Source of the DNA: Azolla caroliniana
Lineage: Eukaryota; Plantae; Polypodiophyta
Direction: 5' to 3'
Assembly (NCBI GenBank): GCA_043228905.1
Contig: JBHGNT010000011.1
Location: 4,588,001 to 4,652,000, forward strand
DNA: 64,000 bases
This document shows positions 49,824 through 62,102 of the stretch, piece by piece. Under the pieces are notes generated by a model. The model ran no database searches and was not told where the DNA came from. It saw only the letters and a program-made list of their open reading frames with translations. Every line of letters begins with the position of its first letter. The first letter of the stretch is position 1. A program made the position numbers and the translations under genes.

Positions 49824-51428
49824 ACGCTACCTAGAGAAAACATTTAACCAAAGGTGGATCGGGAATCCAATGCATCACCAACCCAATCGCCATCGGTATA
49901 TCTGACTAGCTTCCCAGCTATACCGTGTCGGTATAACAATCCCCGATCCTTTGTGTCACTAACATACCAAAGTATCCGGTGTGGGCACTAAAGGTGCTCG
50001 ACGGTCGGCTCTTGCATGAACTAGTTGATCACTCCGACTGGGTAATGGAGGTAGGGTCTAGTGATTGTCAGGTATATGAGGCTTCTGACGATTTTTCGGA
50101 ACCGTTTCTCATCGCAGGTCGGCTCGCAGTTGGGACAAAGCTTCTAGTTCCAGTCCAGGGGTGTGGACATAGGTCGGCATTCCGTCGTGCCGAACTTGTA
50201 CAACATATTCAACACATAGTGTCGTTGTGAGAGCAATATGCCGTCAGGGGTTCGGATCACCTCGATCCCAAGAAAATAATGAAGGTTCCCCAGGTCCTTC
50301 ATTTCAAATGCATCCGACAGCTGGGACTTTACTCGGCCGATTTCATTGAGTTTGGGTCCGGTGATGACCAAATCATCTACATAAACCAAGATGCAAAACG
50401 AACCGTCCGGCCCTTGCCGGATGAACAACGATGAGTCAGATCTAGAGGTCACAAACCCCATCTTACGCAACCAGTGTGTAATCTTCGAATTCCAAGCTCG
50501 GTGGGCTTCTTTTAGACTGTAAAGCGACTTCTTAAGCCGGCACACCGCCGACTTGTTCATCTCCGACTTAAAACCAGGAGGTTGGATCATATAGACCTGT
50601 TCTTCAATGTCACCTTGAAGAAATGCATTCTTCACATCCATCTCATGAAGATGCCACCCCCTTGCCGCAACTACCGCCAGTACCACACGAACTGTCGTCA
50701 TCTTCGCTACCGGAGCAAAGGTCTCGTCGTAATCGATTCCGTGGGTCTATGCATATCCCTTCGCCACTAACTCGGCCTTGTAACCGAACCGTTGGCATTG
50801 TACTTTACCTTGTACACCCATTTGCAACCGATCGGGTTTACAGTGTCGGGGAGGGTAAACTAGGTCCCATGTATCATTGGCATCGAGTGCTCACATTTCT
50901 TCCTCCATAGCGGCATGCCAATTTCTGTTCTTTGCCGCTTCTGGGTAGCTCTCCGGCTCACGCACTTCCGCCACTTTGGTCATGTATGCATAGTGATGCG
51001 CCATGTACTCATTGTACCCGTACTGCGTAATGGGGTTCTTCAGGTGGAAAGACCGGTGTAACTTGGTATCACCCGGTTTGGGGCCCTTCTTGGCCGGTTC
51101 AGACTTCGTACCCGAAGATCCGCCTTCATCCTTTCCGGAGTCGGATGCACTCCGATCTGACTCAACATTGTCGGCTTTGTATTCCAACATCTTCTTCTTC
51201 TCCTTCTCTTTACGCATGAACCGTCTCTTTGGTTCCTTTCGTCGGTTCTTCATTCGACTGGTTACTTTGACCCAATTGCTTGTTTGGTCCGCTCAACCGA
51301 AACAATTCCGGACTCCCTTCTAGAGTCTCCAGCTTGTCATCCTCTATGTAGAACTCCTCGGGCTCACTAGCCTCATCTTCCGGAATCGGGTCTTCGTCGG
51401 GAGTTGGAGTCGGTAAGGAGTACCATGA
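49824..51428 (-). pseudogene. Copia element C continuation (RT and integrase-RT linker)
   Basis: Removing E1, E2 and both TSDs restores FSLGSVVVALSSKKQ; MDVKNAFLQG, VYVDDL. Confidence 0.9.
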
Positions 51429-51897
51429 TGTCGTTTCGGGGTAGTTGTGGTTCGTACGGCGAAGTCGCAGGGACTAAGGTTAATGGGAGTTGATGAAACT
51501 TTTATAAGGCTTTGCGCACAAATGTTAGGAAGATTAAGGATAAGAAGAATAAGAGTTTAAAGTAATGTGTGAGAGACAAATGAGCATAGATAAAAGATAG
51601 AGAGAATGTATGATTTAAGAAGAAAGAGTATAAGATATGAACATGATTTATATTAAAAGAACAAGTTTTTACCAACATTACAATGCTTTATAACTAAATG
51701 ACCCCTTTCTCTACCAACTCTTGATTTGAACTCTTGACTCGAACTTGAAAACACGAGCCTCTTCACCAACAAGCTAACTTGTTTATTTTATTAATTATGT
51801 TCTAACTTTCTCTTGATCCCCTTTTGTTTTTCTTTCCCCTCTTTTTATAAGTATTGTCATGCATATGGTAATGTGTAGGAGGATGTGTAAAAATGAA
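51429..51897. repeat. AT-rich LTR-like fragment truncating Copia C
   Basis: Begins TGTCGT; composition resembles the 13460 and 3389 LTRs; no partner or TSD found. Confidence 0.45.
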
Positions 51898-53063
51898 GGT
51901 GCGGAAGCATTAAACAACCGGCTTAGCCGGATAGCAACACATAGAGAGAGAGAGATTAACACATAGAAGGTATGCAGAAAACGATAGACACAGAGCAGAA
52001 CAACTTAAATCTATTATCAACAACTCTATAAAATTCTCGATACATACAACGTGCTCAACAACACTATTTATACAAGTCCTAAGAGGACTAACAGAAGTAC
52101 GGTGTACTTCAATGCTCACACAAGCGTCTGACACTAACTACGAGACATTACCTAGTAGTCTAGGCTGCTACTAGGCTTACTGGATCCAGCTAACCGGCTC
52201 CCCAGCTCACCGGCTCACTTGCTCCGGCTCATCCTTGTGGATGCCAATCCAGTTGAGGCTTATTTAGGTGATCCGGATCCGGTTGAGCTTGCCGCTCAAC
52301 AGTTCCCCTCAAGCTCAACTTGAGGTCGGATCATAGTGTTAGTCTCCATGGCAACCGGTCCTTCCACCCGGCTCCTTCTGGCGTCACTCCACCTCGCTCA
52401 CACTCGTCGTCCGGTCCGGTCCCGTTTGCCGCAACCCTTCTGATTCTAGGCACCTTGACCTCCTAAACCCTTGTCTGCTCAACAGGCCCAATTTAGCTCC
52501 CTCATTGTTGTGACTTCGACGCTTGCCGATTCGCCAATTCCTTCGTGTTGGCGTCGACTTTCGCTACCTTCTCGTCCTCTTGGCCTTGAGTTGATCCAGT
52601 TCTTCCGAATCCGTCTGTTCGTTCCAGCTCTTGTCCAAATCGGTCACTCCCAATTCGTCTCCCGGTTCCAGGCCCTTCACCACATCAGAACATGTCTGGA
52701 TCTTGGCCTTCTTCTTCCGGTCGGCTTTGTCCTTCTTGTCTCTACCGTTGGTTCCGACTTGTTTGGATGTGTCAACTTCCTTTGTCAACTCGGCTCCTTT
52801 CTTCTTCTGGTCTCTCCCTTTGTCGCAATCGGCAATTTCTTTGCCTTGGCCCGTTCCGGTGTCTTTGCTCATTCTCCCCCTCAAGTGTGGCACGTCGAGA
52901 TGCTGAACACCAAACATTTCGATGAAGTGCTCCAACTTGTCCGACTTGAGCGGTTTGGTGAAGATGTTGGCAAATTGCCAATCCGTATAAACATACCGAA
53001 GTTCGACTTCACCGCTCAGGACACGCTCACGCACGAAGTGGTAGTGCACTTCTATGTGCTTTG
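51898..53063 (-). mobile_element. Copia element D, 3' part (3' LTR 51898-52301, RNase H end plus extension), same family as C
   Basis: Colinear with 37678-38950; TKHIEVHYHFVRE; PPT at 52302-52312. Confidence 0.9.
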
Positions 53064-55294
53064 TGTTAGGAAACAGGTCCCTCCGGATGGGATGACCCGG
53101 TGAGAACCGGATGAGGAGTACCTGGCAACGGAAGACCCGGTGAGAACCGGATGAGGAGTACCCGGAAACGGAAGACCCGGTGAGAACCGGATGATGAGTG
53201 CCTGGCAAGCGCCGGATGATGCAGGCCCAGTGAGGAGTGCTAAACGGATGAAGGGACATATTCGTAAATATGTTTCTGAGAGTCCATTGGGGTTATATTT
53301 GTAAATAGCCGAAAAGTCATATTAGTATAAATATGACTTAGGGCAAATTTAGCATTTAGTTATTGTCATTGTTGTTGGCGCAAGACTAGAGAGCGCGTAA
53401 CAGTGTACAGAGAGAGAGAGAGAGAGAGGAGGAGGTCGTTGCCTCTGTTGTAACCGTCGCCTGTGGCAAAGATCGTGAGCACGAGGTCGTTGCCTCCATG
53501 AGCACACTGTTGTAATCATTGTGATATAGTGATAGTTTGGAGTCTGTGAACTCCCGTGGTTTTTCCCTCTCATGGTTTTCCACGTTAAACATCCTGTGTA
53601 CTCTTCTCTCCTTTGTGTCTTGCTTTCATTTCCCGTTTTCTGTGTATGATTCTAAGCTTGGTTGTGGCCAAGCGTTGCGCATAAGGAGCGTGCAGTTCCT
53701 GTCAAACTGGTATCAGAGCGAAACGACACTGAAAATGGACGATTCGTTGGGAGGCATGTTCAAGCTCACCGGCTCCAACTATTCGGTGTGGAAGTCGAAG
53801 ATGAGGGACATGCTCATGGTTAAAGATCTTTGGTTGCCGGTTCAGTTTGGGGACAAGAGATCAGACAAAATTGACGCCACGATATGGGAGGTGATGCACA
53901 TGAAGACAACGGCTTACATACGGTGCTTCATTGACATGAGCCTATACAACAACTTCAATGAAGAGAGCATGGCTCATGACCTCTAGGAGAAGATCGGCAT
54001 TATGTTTCAAAACAAAAATGTTGTGAACCAGGTTTCAGTATTTCGGAAGCTAGTAAGACTCCGGTACCAAGATGGCTCCAGCATGGCGGAGCACATGAAT
54101 GCCTTCCAAGGGCTGATACACCAGGCAACATCATTGGAAGTACCTCTCGTCGATGAGGTACTAGCGCTACTCCTGCTCGGTTCCCTCTCGGATAGCTGGG
54201 AGACGTTGGTAGTCACTTTGGGCAACGCCGGTCTGGAAGGGAAACAGTTATCCCTAGCAAGAGTGAAGTCGAGCTTGCTAGATGAGGAGGTGCGTCGGAA
54301 AGATAAGGATACAAGCTCCGACTCCAAACCGCTCCTTACCGAATCGGAACGCGGAAGACAAAGGAACCGTAGTCCCCAGAACCGGGAAAAGTCGGGGACA
54401 CGGTCAAAGTCAAGGGGGAGGCCTACTTGCTTCTATTGCGGCAAGCCGGGACACTTCCAAAAGAACTATCGGCATTTCCGGAAAGACAAGGAAACCGACG
54501 GTACCGATTCGAAGCGGACACCGGACCGGAACGGTAAAGACCGGAGGGGGCCGAACCGGAAGGGAACGACGACAATCGCAGCAAGTGAAGAATAGTTGAT
54601 GCTCATCACCGAGGAGAGTGAGATAAACCTTGCCGACGACGAGATGACCTGGGTGGTCGACTCCGGAGCATCGTTCCACCTCACCCTGGACCGGAAATGC
54701 TTCTCATCCTACTCAGTCGGTGATCACGGCTGTGTCCGGATGGGGAATGAAGGTACATGCCGAATTGTCGGCATAGGAGACGTGTGGTTGACAACACCAA
54801 CTGGATGCAAGCTACTGCTGAAGGATGTCCGACACGTTCCGGAGGTTCATCTGAACCTGATATCAGCCGGTCGGCTAGATGATGAAGGCTACACGGGTAG
54901 CATCCGGAACGGTGTTATGAAGTTTAGCAAAGGGAGCCTAATTGTGGCTCAAGACTGGAAGGTAAACACGTTGTACCTGATGAATGCCCGGTTATGTCCG
55001 AAGGAAGTGAACGTGGCATCCGACAGTACCGGTGAGCTGTGGCACAAAAGGATGTGTCACATGAGCGAGAAGGGGATGAAGAGGCTTGCAGACGACAACC
55101 TCATTCCAGTGAAGAACGTGCACTTGGAGAAGTGCACTGATTGTCTGGCCGGTAAACAAAACCGGACCTCCTTCCGACCAAGGCCACCAATGAGACGTAA
55201 TGCGCCACTGGAGTTGGTGCATACTGATGTGTGCCAAGTTGACACGAAGTCACATGCAGGATCGCAGTACTTCGTGACGTTCATTGATGACCAT
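53064..55294 (+). mobile_element. Copia element F, 5' part (LTR 53064-53704, PBS, gag-PR-INT start), 20481 subfamily
   Basis: iMet PBS at 53708-53719; ATG 53735; stops at 53984 and 54593; cut at FVTFIDDH by the Gypsy LTR. Confidence 0.93.
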
Positions 55295-56136
55295 TGTTGG
55301 CCGGTCAGAAGAGCAAGGACAAGTGGGAAGGCGGAGTCGGATCGGATAATAGGAAGTAAATGATAGTAGAATTATTATTCGGAGGGACGGATCCGGTACA
55401 GTTGTACCGATCCGGATCCGGACCGATTCGGATGTCGGTTGCCTAAGCGCACCGATTGTAACCTTGCCGGATGCCTATAAAAGGATCTGATGATTTGTAA
55501 AAGGCTGAGACGGAAGTAATACAATAGTAATTATTGCGTGTTTATCTGTATCTTCGTATTGTTTACCATCTATGCTTAATTGTAATCATCTTACACGTGT
55601 AACCTAGCATCCAATCCTTACCACCCCTTTGGAGAAGTGTCAGATAGACACCTGTGTTGAGGCTAGTCCGGCTAGGCAGACAACACTATTTTGGCGACCA
55701 CGATTCCTGCAAAGTGCAGAGGACAACCGGGGGATGGATGTCTAGACCAAACGACGACCACATCACCGAACGAGGGAGACGATACACCGAACGCGAGCAA
55801 TGACGGGAAGCCCTGCAGCAAGCCGTCGACGAGATCCGGCGGGATCGGTCATTCTCCAAAACTCTTCGGAGAGTCGCAGAAGGAGCACTGCAGTTTCGGG
55901 TTCTGTAAATCCCCGACGAAGGCAGTAGCATAACAAGCCTGCAAGAGGCGGAAACGATACTATAGACGCTCGTCGGGGGCGACGGGGACTCGGAAGCATT
56001 CGCAACACTTGAGGCGGAGTCGGAAAGCGACGGAAGCGTTGCGTCCCGGTATAAAAGCAGCCACGACACACCAAACGACCCGGGGGAAGAGGGGTCGGAA
56101 GACTCAGTAACACCGGAGCCAGAGGAAGAAATAACC

Positions 56137-57879
56137 TTGGAGTTCGGTGACCGGCAATCGCTGAGGGAGGCTGACCAGATACCGACAACACCCGCGAAGG
56201 GACCGAAGGAGCGGATACCGACAACACCCGCGAAGGAACCGAATGAGCGGATACCGACAACACCCGCGGAGGAACCAAAGGACTGGACACCGGCAACACC
56301 CGCGGAGGAACTGAAGGAGCGGATACCGGCACCAACTGCGGAGGAACCAAAGGTTCTCACACCGACGCCAACAGCGGAAAGAAAGCAGGAGAGTCAGTTA
56401 GATGACACGATGTTGTACCCATACCCAAAGTACTGGGATGAGCCCGACGCGGAGGCACACGTGTACGCATTCCTCCAAACATGGGAAGCCAACCATGTCT
56501 CCCAAAGACTGACGGAGCCCGAAGCTGAACGATCCAAAGTCGCCGAATTCGGCATAAGCTTAGAAGGACCGGCGGCCCGATGGCACGCAAAGCACTTACC
56601 GGGCAGCTTTGCCACATTCGATGCCTTGAAGGCCAGATTCCTCAGGCTTTTTCACAGACAAGTTGAGCAAAGGGAATTGGTCGAGCAATTCTACACCACC
56701 CGGCAGGAAGAGAACGAGACTGTGCCACAATTCATCATTCGGTTTCAGACCCTGCACAGCCAACTGACGAGAGCACCACCCGAAGACGAAGCCAAAGCAG
56801 TCTTTTTGGCCGCGCTGAAAGAGCCACTTCGAACAATGTGCGGAGTCCTTGATTTCCACACCAGCACAATGGACCAAGTTATTGATCGGGTTTTAGAAAT
56901 GGACAAGACTAGCCCCCTCTTGTCGATGGGGATGTTACACCGGGCACTCCCGAAGGAGGAAGACCTGAGGTTCCAACAAGCCTTACAATGCACAACATGC
57001 CTAATTTCGGGGCACTCAACAGTAGACTGCACCCTGCGGACACAATGTATGATCTGCAACTCTCGAGCCCATACAACGGACCGATGCGAATATAACCTGT
57101 TAAATCGGCAGGCAGCACCGGTTCGACACATAGAACCGCGCAATCAGAACCCGGACGAGGATCGATTCCGGAGAGACGACCGCTACCAACGCGAACGCGG
57201 TAACAGATACGCTGATAGAAGACGCGATAACTATGACCGAGAGGAGAGACGCAGAGATAGCTACCCCCGGGACCGGGATGACCGAGACGAATCCCGGGAA
57301 TACGAACGACGTAGAGAAGAGAGGCGACAAGGGAACCGAAATTTCCGACGGAACCAGAAGCGTGGATTTTTCCGAAGAGAGGAACGTCGGGAGGCAGCGA
57401 GGAATGACAACCCGGTATCAGTACCGGATAACCGAAAAACCGAAGACGACCGCCGAAGCATACCCACCCTCCAAACCGGGGACAAAGGAGAAACGAGCAA
57501 CAGTCACAAGGTGTACTGTTATTACTGCCGTAAGGAAGGCCACTATAGTAACCAATGCCCAAGCAAAACCAATGACAAGCAGCCGGAAGTCAACATGGTT
57601 ACAGCCGAAATAACAGAAGTACAGCAGGTCACAACCCGGTCAAAGGGAAAGACCGCCGAGTGGGAAGCCCAGGAGGCAATCAGAAAACAAGCGGCGCAAT
57701 GGATCAAGGAGGCCAATGAACAAAATGCGGCAGAAGTAAGAGACCAAAATATGCCAAAAGACGAAGAAATCATACAGCCAGGAGAAAACCCGACGTGGCA
57801 AGCGCTACAGGACTGTCAAATCGTGCTGCCGTTAGCACGGCTACTACAGTTGGTGCCACGGTTTACGGCAGACTTATAG
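56137..57879 (+). CDS. Gypsy Gag with three zinc knuckles
   Basis: LEGPAARWH gag motif; CTTCLISGHSTVDC, CMICNSRAHTTDRC, CYYCRKEGHYSNQC; true start probably upstream and disrupted. Confidence 0.88.
   Translation: MEFGDRQSLREADQIPTTPAKGPKERIPTTPAKEPNERIPTTPAEEPKDWTPATPAEELKERIPAPTAEEPKVLTPTPTAERKQESQLDDTMLYPYPKYWDEPDAEAHVYAFLQTWEANHVSQRLTEPEAERSKVAEFGISLEGPAARWHAKHLPGSFATFDALKARFLRLFHRQVEQRELVEQFYTTRQEENETVPQFIIRFQTLHSQLTRAPPEDEAKAVFLAALKEPLRTMCGVLDFHTSTMDQVIDRVLEMDKTSPLLSMGMLHRALPKEEDLRFQQALQCTTCLISGHSTVDCTLRTQCMICNSRAHTTDRCEYNLLNRQAAPVRHIEPRNQNPDEDRFRRDDRYQRERGNRYADRRRDNYDREERRRDSYPRDRDDRDESREYERRREERRQGNRNFRRNQKRGFFRREERREAARNDNPVSVPDNRKTEDDRRSIPTLQTGDKGETSNSHKVYCYYCRKEGHYSNQCPSKTNDKQPEVNMVTAEITEVQQVTTRSKGKTAEWEAQEAIRKQAAQWIKEANEQNAAEVRDQNMPKDEEIIQPGENPTWQALQDCQIVLPLARLLQLVPRFTADL
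56176..56391 (+). repeat. Six 36-bp tandem repeats (12 aa, RIPTTPAEEPKE-like) in the gag N-terminus
   Basis: Directly visible in DNA and translation. Confidence 0.9.
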
Positions 57880-57885
57880 GCATCC

Positions 57886-60800
57886 GTGAGCAAACCGAAG
57901 CTGACGCCAGCACCGGCATTCTTCTCCAACCTGGAGGAAGGACCAGCGGTGGTCGATACAAGTAGCCCGGCGATCACGGCAATCGTGAAAGGAAAGGAAA
58001 TTGCTGGAACGATTATTGACGGAGGCTCCGGGGTAAATGTCATCAGCCGACAGACATGCAACAACCTGGGCATCCGGGAATGGGAACCATGCCCCTTCTG
58101 GTTACGCATGGCGGATACCAGCTCAGTCCGACCGACCGGGCTTATCCGGGATTTAGAAGTAACGATCGGAGGCCACGTATTCCGGATATCGGCCGTGGTG
58201 CTGCAGCTGAATGTACAAGGTGCGTACCCCCTACTGCTAGGACGACCATGGCTGCGAACGGCGCATATCAAGCAGAACTGGCAAAAGAACATGATCACAT
58301 TCCGGCGAGGGAAAACAAAGGTACGAGTAACGACGCAACCACGGGTGATCACCAGTAAGGAAGCGACTCCATTGTATGCGGAAAGCATTAACATGTTGGA
58401 GGGATTACTGGACGAGGAAGTCGAGCGGTACCTCGAGGAACACCCACGAATCGTCCCACTATTTGAGGTGGATATCACGGTGGCAGTAGAACCGTACATT
58501 ACGACGCCGGATGAACCGGACCAAGCGGCGATCCGGGAACTGCGACAAGCGCAGGAATCCCTAGAGAGGGAAATGACGATATCCCAGAGGGTAAAAGCAT
58601 CCCAACTAGAGGAGGTGGACCTCGGCACAACAGACAAGCCCCGACCGGTAAATGTTGCAAAGGAATTGCCGAAGGAAGAAAAGAAGGCAATGGTAGCATT
58701 ATTAACAGACTTCAAGGATGTGTTCGCGTGGTCGTACGAAGACATGCGAGGGCTGGACCCCCAGCTCTATCAGCACCAAATTCACCTAAGTACGGACGCG
58801 AAACTGATCGCTCAACGCAGGTACCGGATGAATTCGAATTATGCGGCGAAGGTGAAGGAGGAAATTGATAAGCTCCTCCGGGTCGGATTTATCCGACCGG
58901 TCAAGCAGGCAACCTGGCTGAGTCCGATAGTGGTGGTCCCGAAAAAGAACGGCAAAATCCGGGTATGCGTGGACTACCGAAAACTAAATGCCGCAACAGT
59001 GACCGATGCGTTTCCACTACCATTTACGGGTGGGGTGTTAGATGCGGTAGCCGGCCACGAAGTTTACAGCTTCCTGGATGGATTTAGCGGCTACAACCAA
59101 ATACGAATGCACCCGGCCGACCAGGAGAATACAATGTTCGTTACGGAATGGGGCGTGTTCGTCGCGGTCGTGATGATGTTCGGACTAAAGACGGCTCCAA
59201 CAACCTTTCAAAGGATAATAATGGAAATTTTCGGGGAATATATCCCCGGTTTTATGCAGGTCTTCCTTGACGATTTCGCGGTCTACAGCCGGCACGGAGA
59301 GCATCTCGATCACCTCCGGCTGTGCTTGGAGAAGTGCCGCGAGTACCGATTGAGCCTGAACCCGGCCAAGTGCGTCTTTGGAGTGGCAAGCGGCAACTTA
59401 CTAGGGCACGTGGTGAGTAAGGAAGGAATCGCGGTAGATCCGGATAAAGTCAAGGCGATTCTCGAGGCACCAACACCAAATAACGGAAAGGCTTTAGGCC
59501 GGTTCCTGGGCCAAATAAGGTGGCATAGCCGGATGATACGACACCTCGCAGACTTCGCTACACCATTACATACCGCTGTACACAGGGTACCCTTCCTATG
59601 GGCGGAGACGGAGGAGGAAGCCTACCAAGCGTTGAAGGTTATGTTGTCGCAAGCTCCGGTGGTGCAACCGCCGGATTGGAGTAAAAGCTTTCATGTCTTC
59701 GTCGACGCGTCGGACGTAGCAATCGGCAGCGTTCTGATGCAACTCACGGAGCCGAAATGGTACCGACCGGTGTACTACGCAAGCCGGAAACTCTCAAAAG
59801 CAGAACGGAATTACTCTACGACGGAACGCGAGGCATTGGGAATGGTGTATAGTGTCACAAAGTACAGGCACTATCTGCTCGGAAGGAAGTTTTCCTTCCA
59901 TGTCGACCATTCGGCAATACTCTACCTGGTCTCGAAGGCATCCCTGACGGGAAAAATTGCACGATGGACACTGCTGTTACAAGAATTTGAATTCGACATT
60001 TTCCACTGACCCAGGGCGCAGCATGCGGTAGCGGACTACCTAAGCAGACTCGAATCTGGAGAAGCAGGGGACGACGTCCAGGATGAGTTCCCCGACGCCG
60101 AGTTGTTCCGGATCACGACGAAACCAGCAACGGATGCAACGGTAGCCGATGAAGACACGTGGCTAACTGAGATGCATCAGTTCCTGAGCACCGGAGTTCC
60201 CCCGGAGAACATGGACCGCGATGAAAGGAAAAGGGTAGTAGTAAGAAGCAGACATTTCTGCTTGGTTGGAGACACCCTCTATCACAAGCGGGCAGATGGC
60301 ATCTGGAGATGAGCAGTGCGGAGCGATGAGAAGGATTTAATCCTCAGGGAAGCCCACTGTGGAATTGCCGGCGGGCATTATGCCGGCGACGCAACCGCTC
60401 GGAAAATATGGCAGAGCGGACTGTGGTGGCCCACCACCCTAAAAGATGCCGTGAAGTATAGCAAAGAATGCGATTTGTGTCAACGACTGGGCCAACCCAC
60501 GGAGCAGGCCCGGATGCCACACCACCCGGTCTTGCCTTTGGAACCGTTTCAAAAGTGGGGGTTGGACTTTGTCGGCCCCTTCAAGCCACCGGCAATGCGA
60601 ACCGGAAATCGGTATGTGATAGTGGCAACCGACTATTGCACCAAATGGGTAGAAGCAAAGGCCTTACGGGACAACACGGCCGCGTCCACGGCAAAGTTTC
60701 TGTACGAGTGCATATGGTGCCGGTATGGATGCCCGATCGAGCTTATAAGTGACCAAGGAGGACATTTTCTCGGGCAGGTAGTAGAAAGCATGACGTCATT

Positions 60801-61570
60801 TTACGCGGTGGTACATAAAAGGATTACTCCCTACTACCCTCAAGCCAATGGACTAGCGGAATCAACGAACAAAACTCTGCAGAACATCCTACGAAAAATT
60901 GTCAACGAGAACCGGACCGACTGGGATACGAAATTGCAAAGCGCGCTATGGGCGTACCGAACAACGTACAAAACCAGCATCCGGACAACCCCGTTCCGAC
61001 TAGCATTCGGTTTAGAAGCGGTCATGCCAGTAGAGTTCCAGATCCCCAGCTTACGGATCCAGGTAAAGGAGCGCTTAAGTGAGAAGGAGTCCGAACGAAT
61101 CCGGCTGGCGACGTTGTTGGAATTAGAAGAAAACCGAATAGCCAGCTTACTACAACTCGAACTGGAGCAAAGGAGGAGAAAAGCTTTCGTGGACCGACAC
61201 CGGCGTGGCAATGAAAAGGAGTTCGAAGTCGGGAAACCGGTGCTACTATTCCAGACACGGATGGGGAACACGCCGGGAAAGTTGCGGTTTCGGTGGACCG
61301 GACCGTTCTGGATCACCAAAGAGTACAATGGGTCGTATCAGCTCGGCACGTTGTCTGGAGATGTCATCGGTAAATGGGCAAATGGGTTTCGGCTAAAGCC
61401 GTATAAGGGGAATATGCCAGCCAACCCGTTCAAGCAAAACCCGGAAATCCGGCAAGATGAGGAACCGACACCGACAGACGCTGCTAAAGATATTCGGACC
61501 GAGGAAGAACCGACACCGATATTGACAAAGACTATCCCGGAAAACCGACAGAAGGATCTGGTATCCACGC
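57886..61570 (+). pseudogene. Gypsy pol (PR-RT-RNase H-integrase) with in-frame stops
   Basis: IIDGGSG, FLDDF, FVDAS, HHCC, WGLDF/SDQG/ANGLAE, WTGPF; TGA at 60007 and 60310; all in one frame with gag. Confidence 0.95.
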
Positions 61571-61656
61571 TGTCGTGCCTTTCGGCTCTGGATCGTTGCG
61601 TGAGTCGGGTGGGAACCGCCGAGGTTTTCACGTAGTGTGTGGAATACACTACGACA
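61571..61656. mobile_element. 86-bp mini-element / internally deleted solo LTR
   Basis: TGTCGT...ACGACA inverted termini; perfect 4-bp TSD ACGC; ends match 3389 and 29918. Confidence 0.88.
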
Positions 61657-62102
61657 ACGCGAACCGACCCGAACAAATCGGGGGGGACCAGCAAATGACG
61701 TGGTCCAAACAAAGAAAAAAAAAAAAAGACGTGGGCAAAATCGACGCGAATCATAGTAGTGATGGGGAGATCACAAGAGGTGGGAGCGCCACCATGCAAC
61801 GAAGAGGCGCCATGCATTAAAGAAGGACGTGCGCGTACTTGCTATTTAAAGCATGGAACGTGGGCACTCACACGCGGCAAACAAGAAAGGACATACTAAT
61901 TATGGCGGGAGAGGAACATGCGCGGGAAACGAAAAAGGGCGGCTCGAGGCAAAAGCCACTATATAAGACACAGGCCTGCGAAGGACTCACTTTTTACGAA
62001 TTTTCCTACACAGAGGCGCAGAAGCACAGAAGAGCGATCTGACGCACAGCGCACACACAGCCCGATCCCGAACAACAGACAGCAGAGGAAGAATTCGAAA
62101 CA

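Noticed and set aside
53094-53215. U3 direct repeats as a CRISPR-like array
   Set aside because: Contiguous repeats without unique spacers, inside LTRs; no cas genes
57877-57879. Programmed stop-codon readthrough between gag and protease
   Set aside because: The relative has its TAG (25926) three codons earlier; independent nonsense mutations are simpler, though a family alignment would settle it
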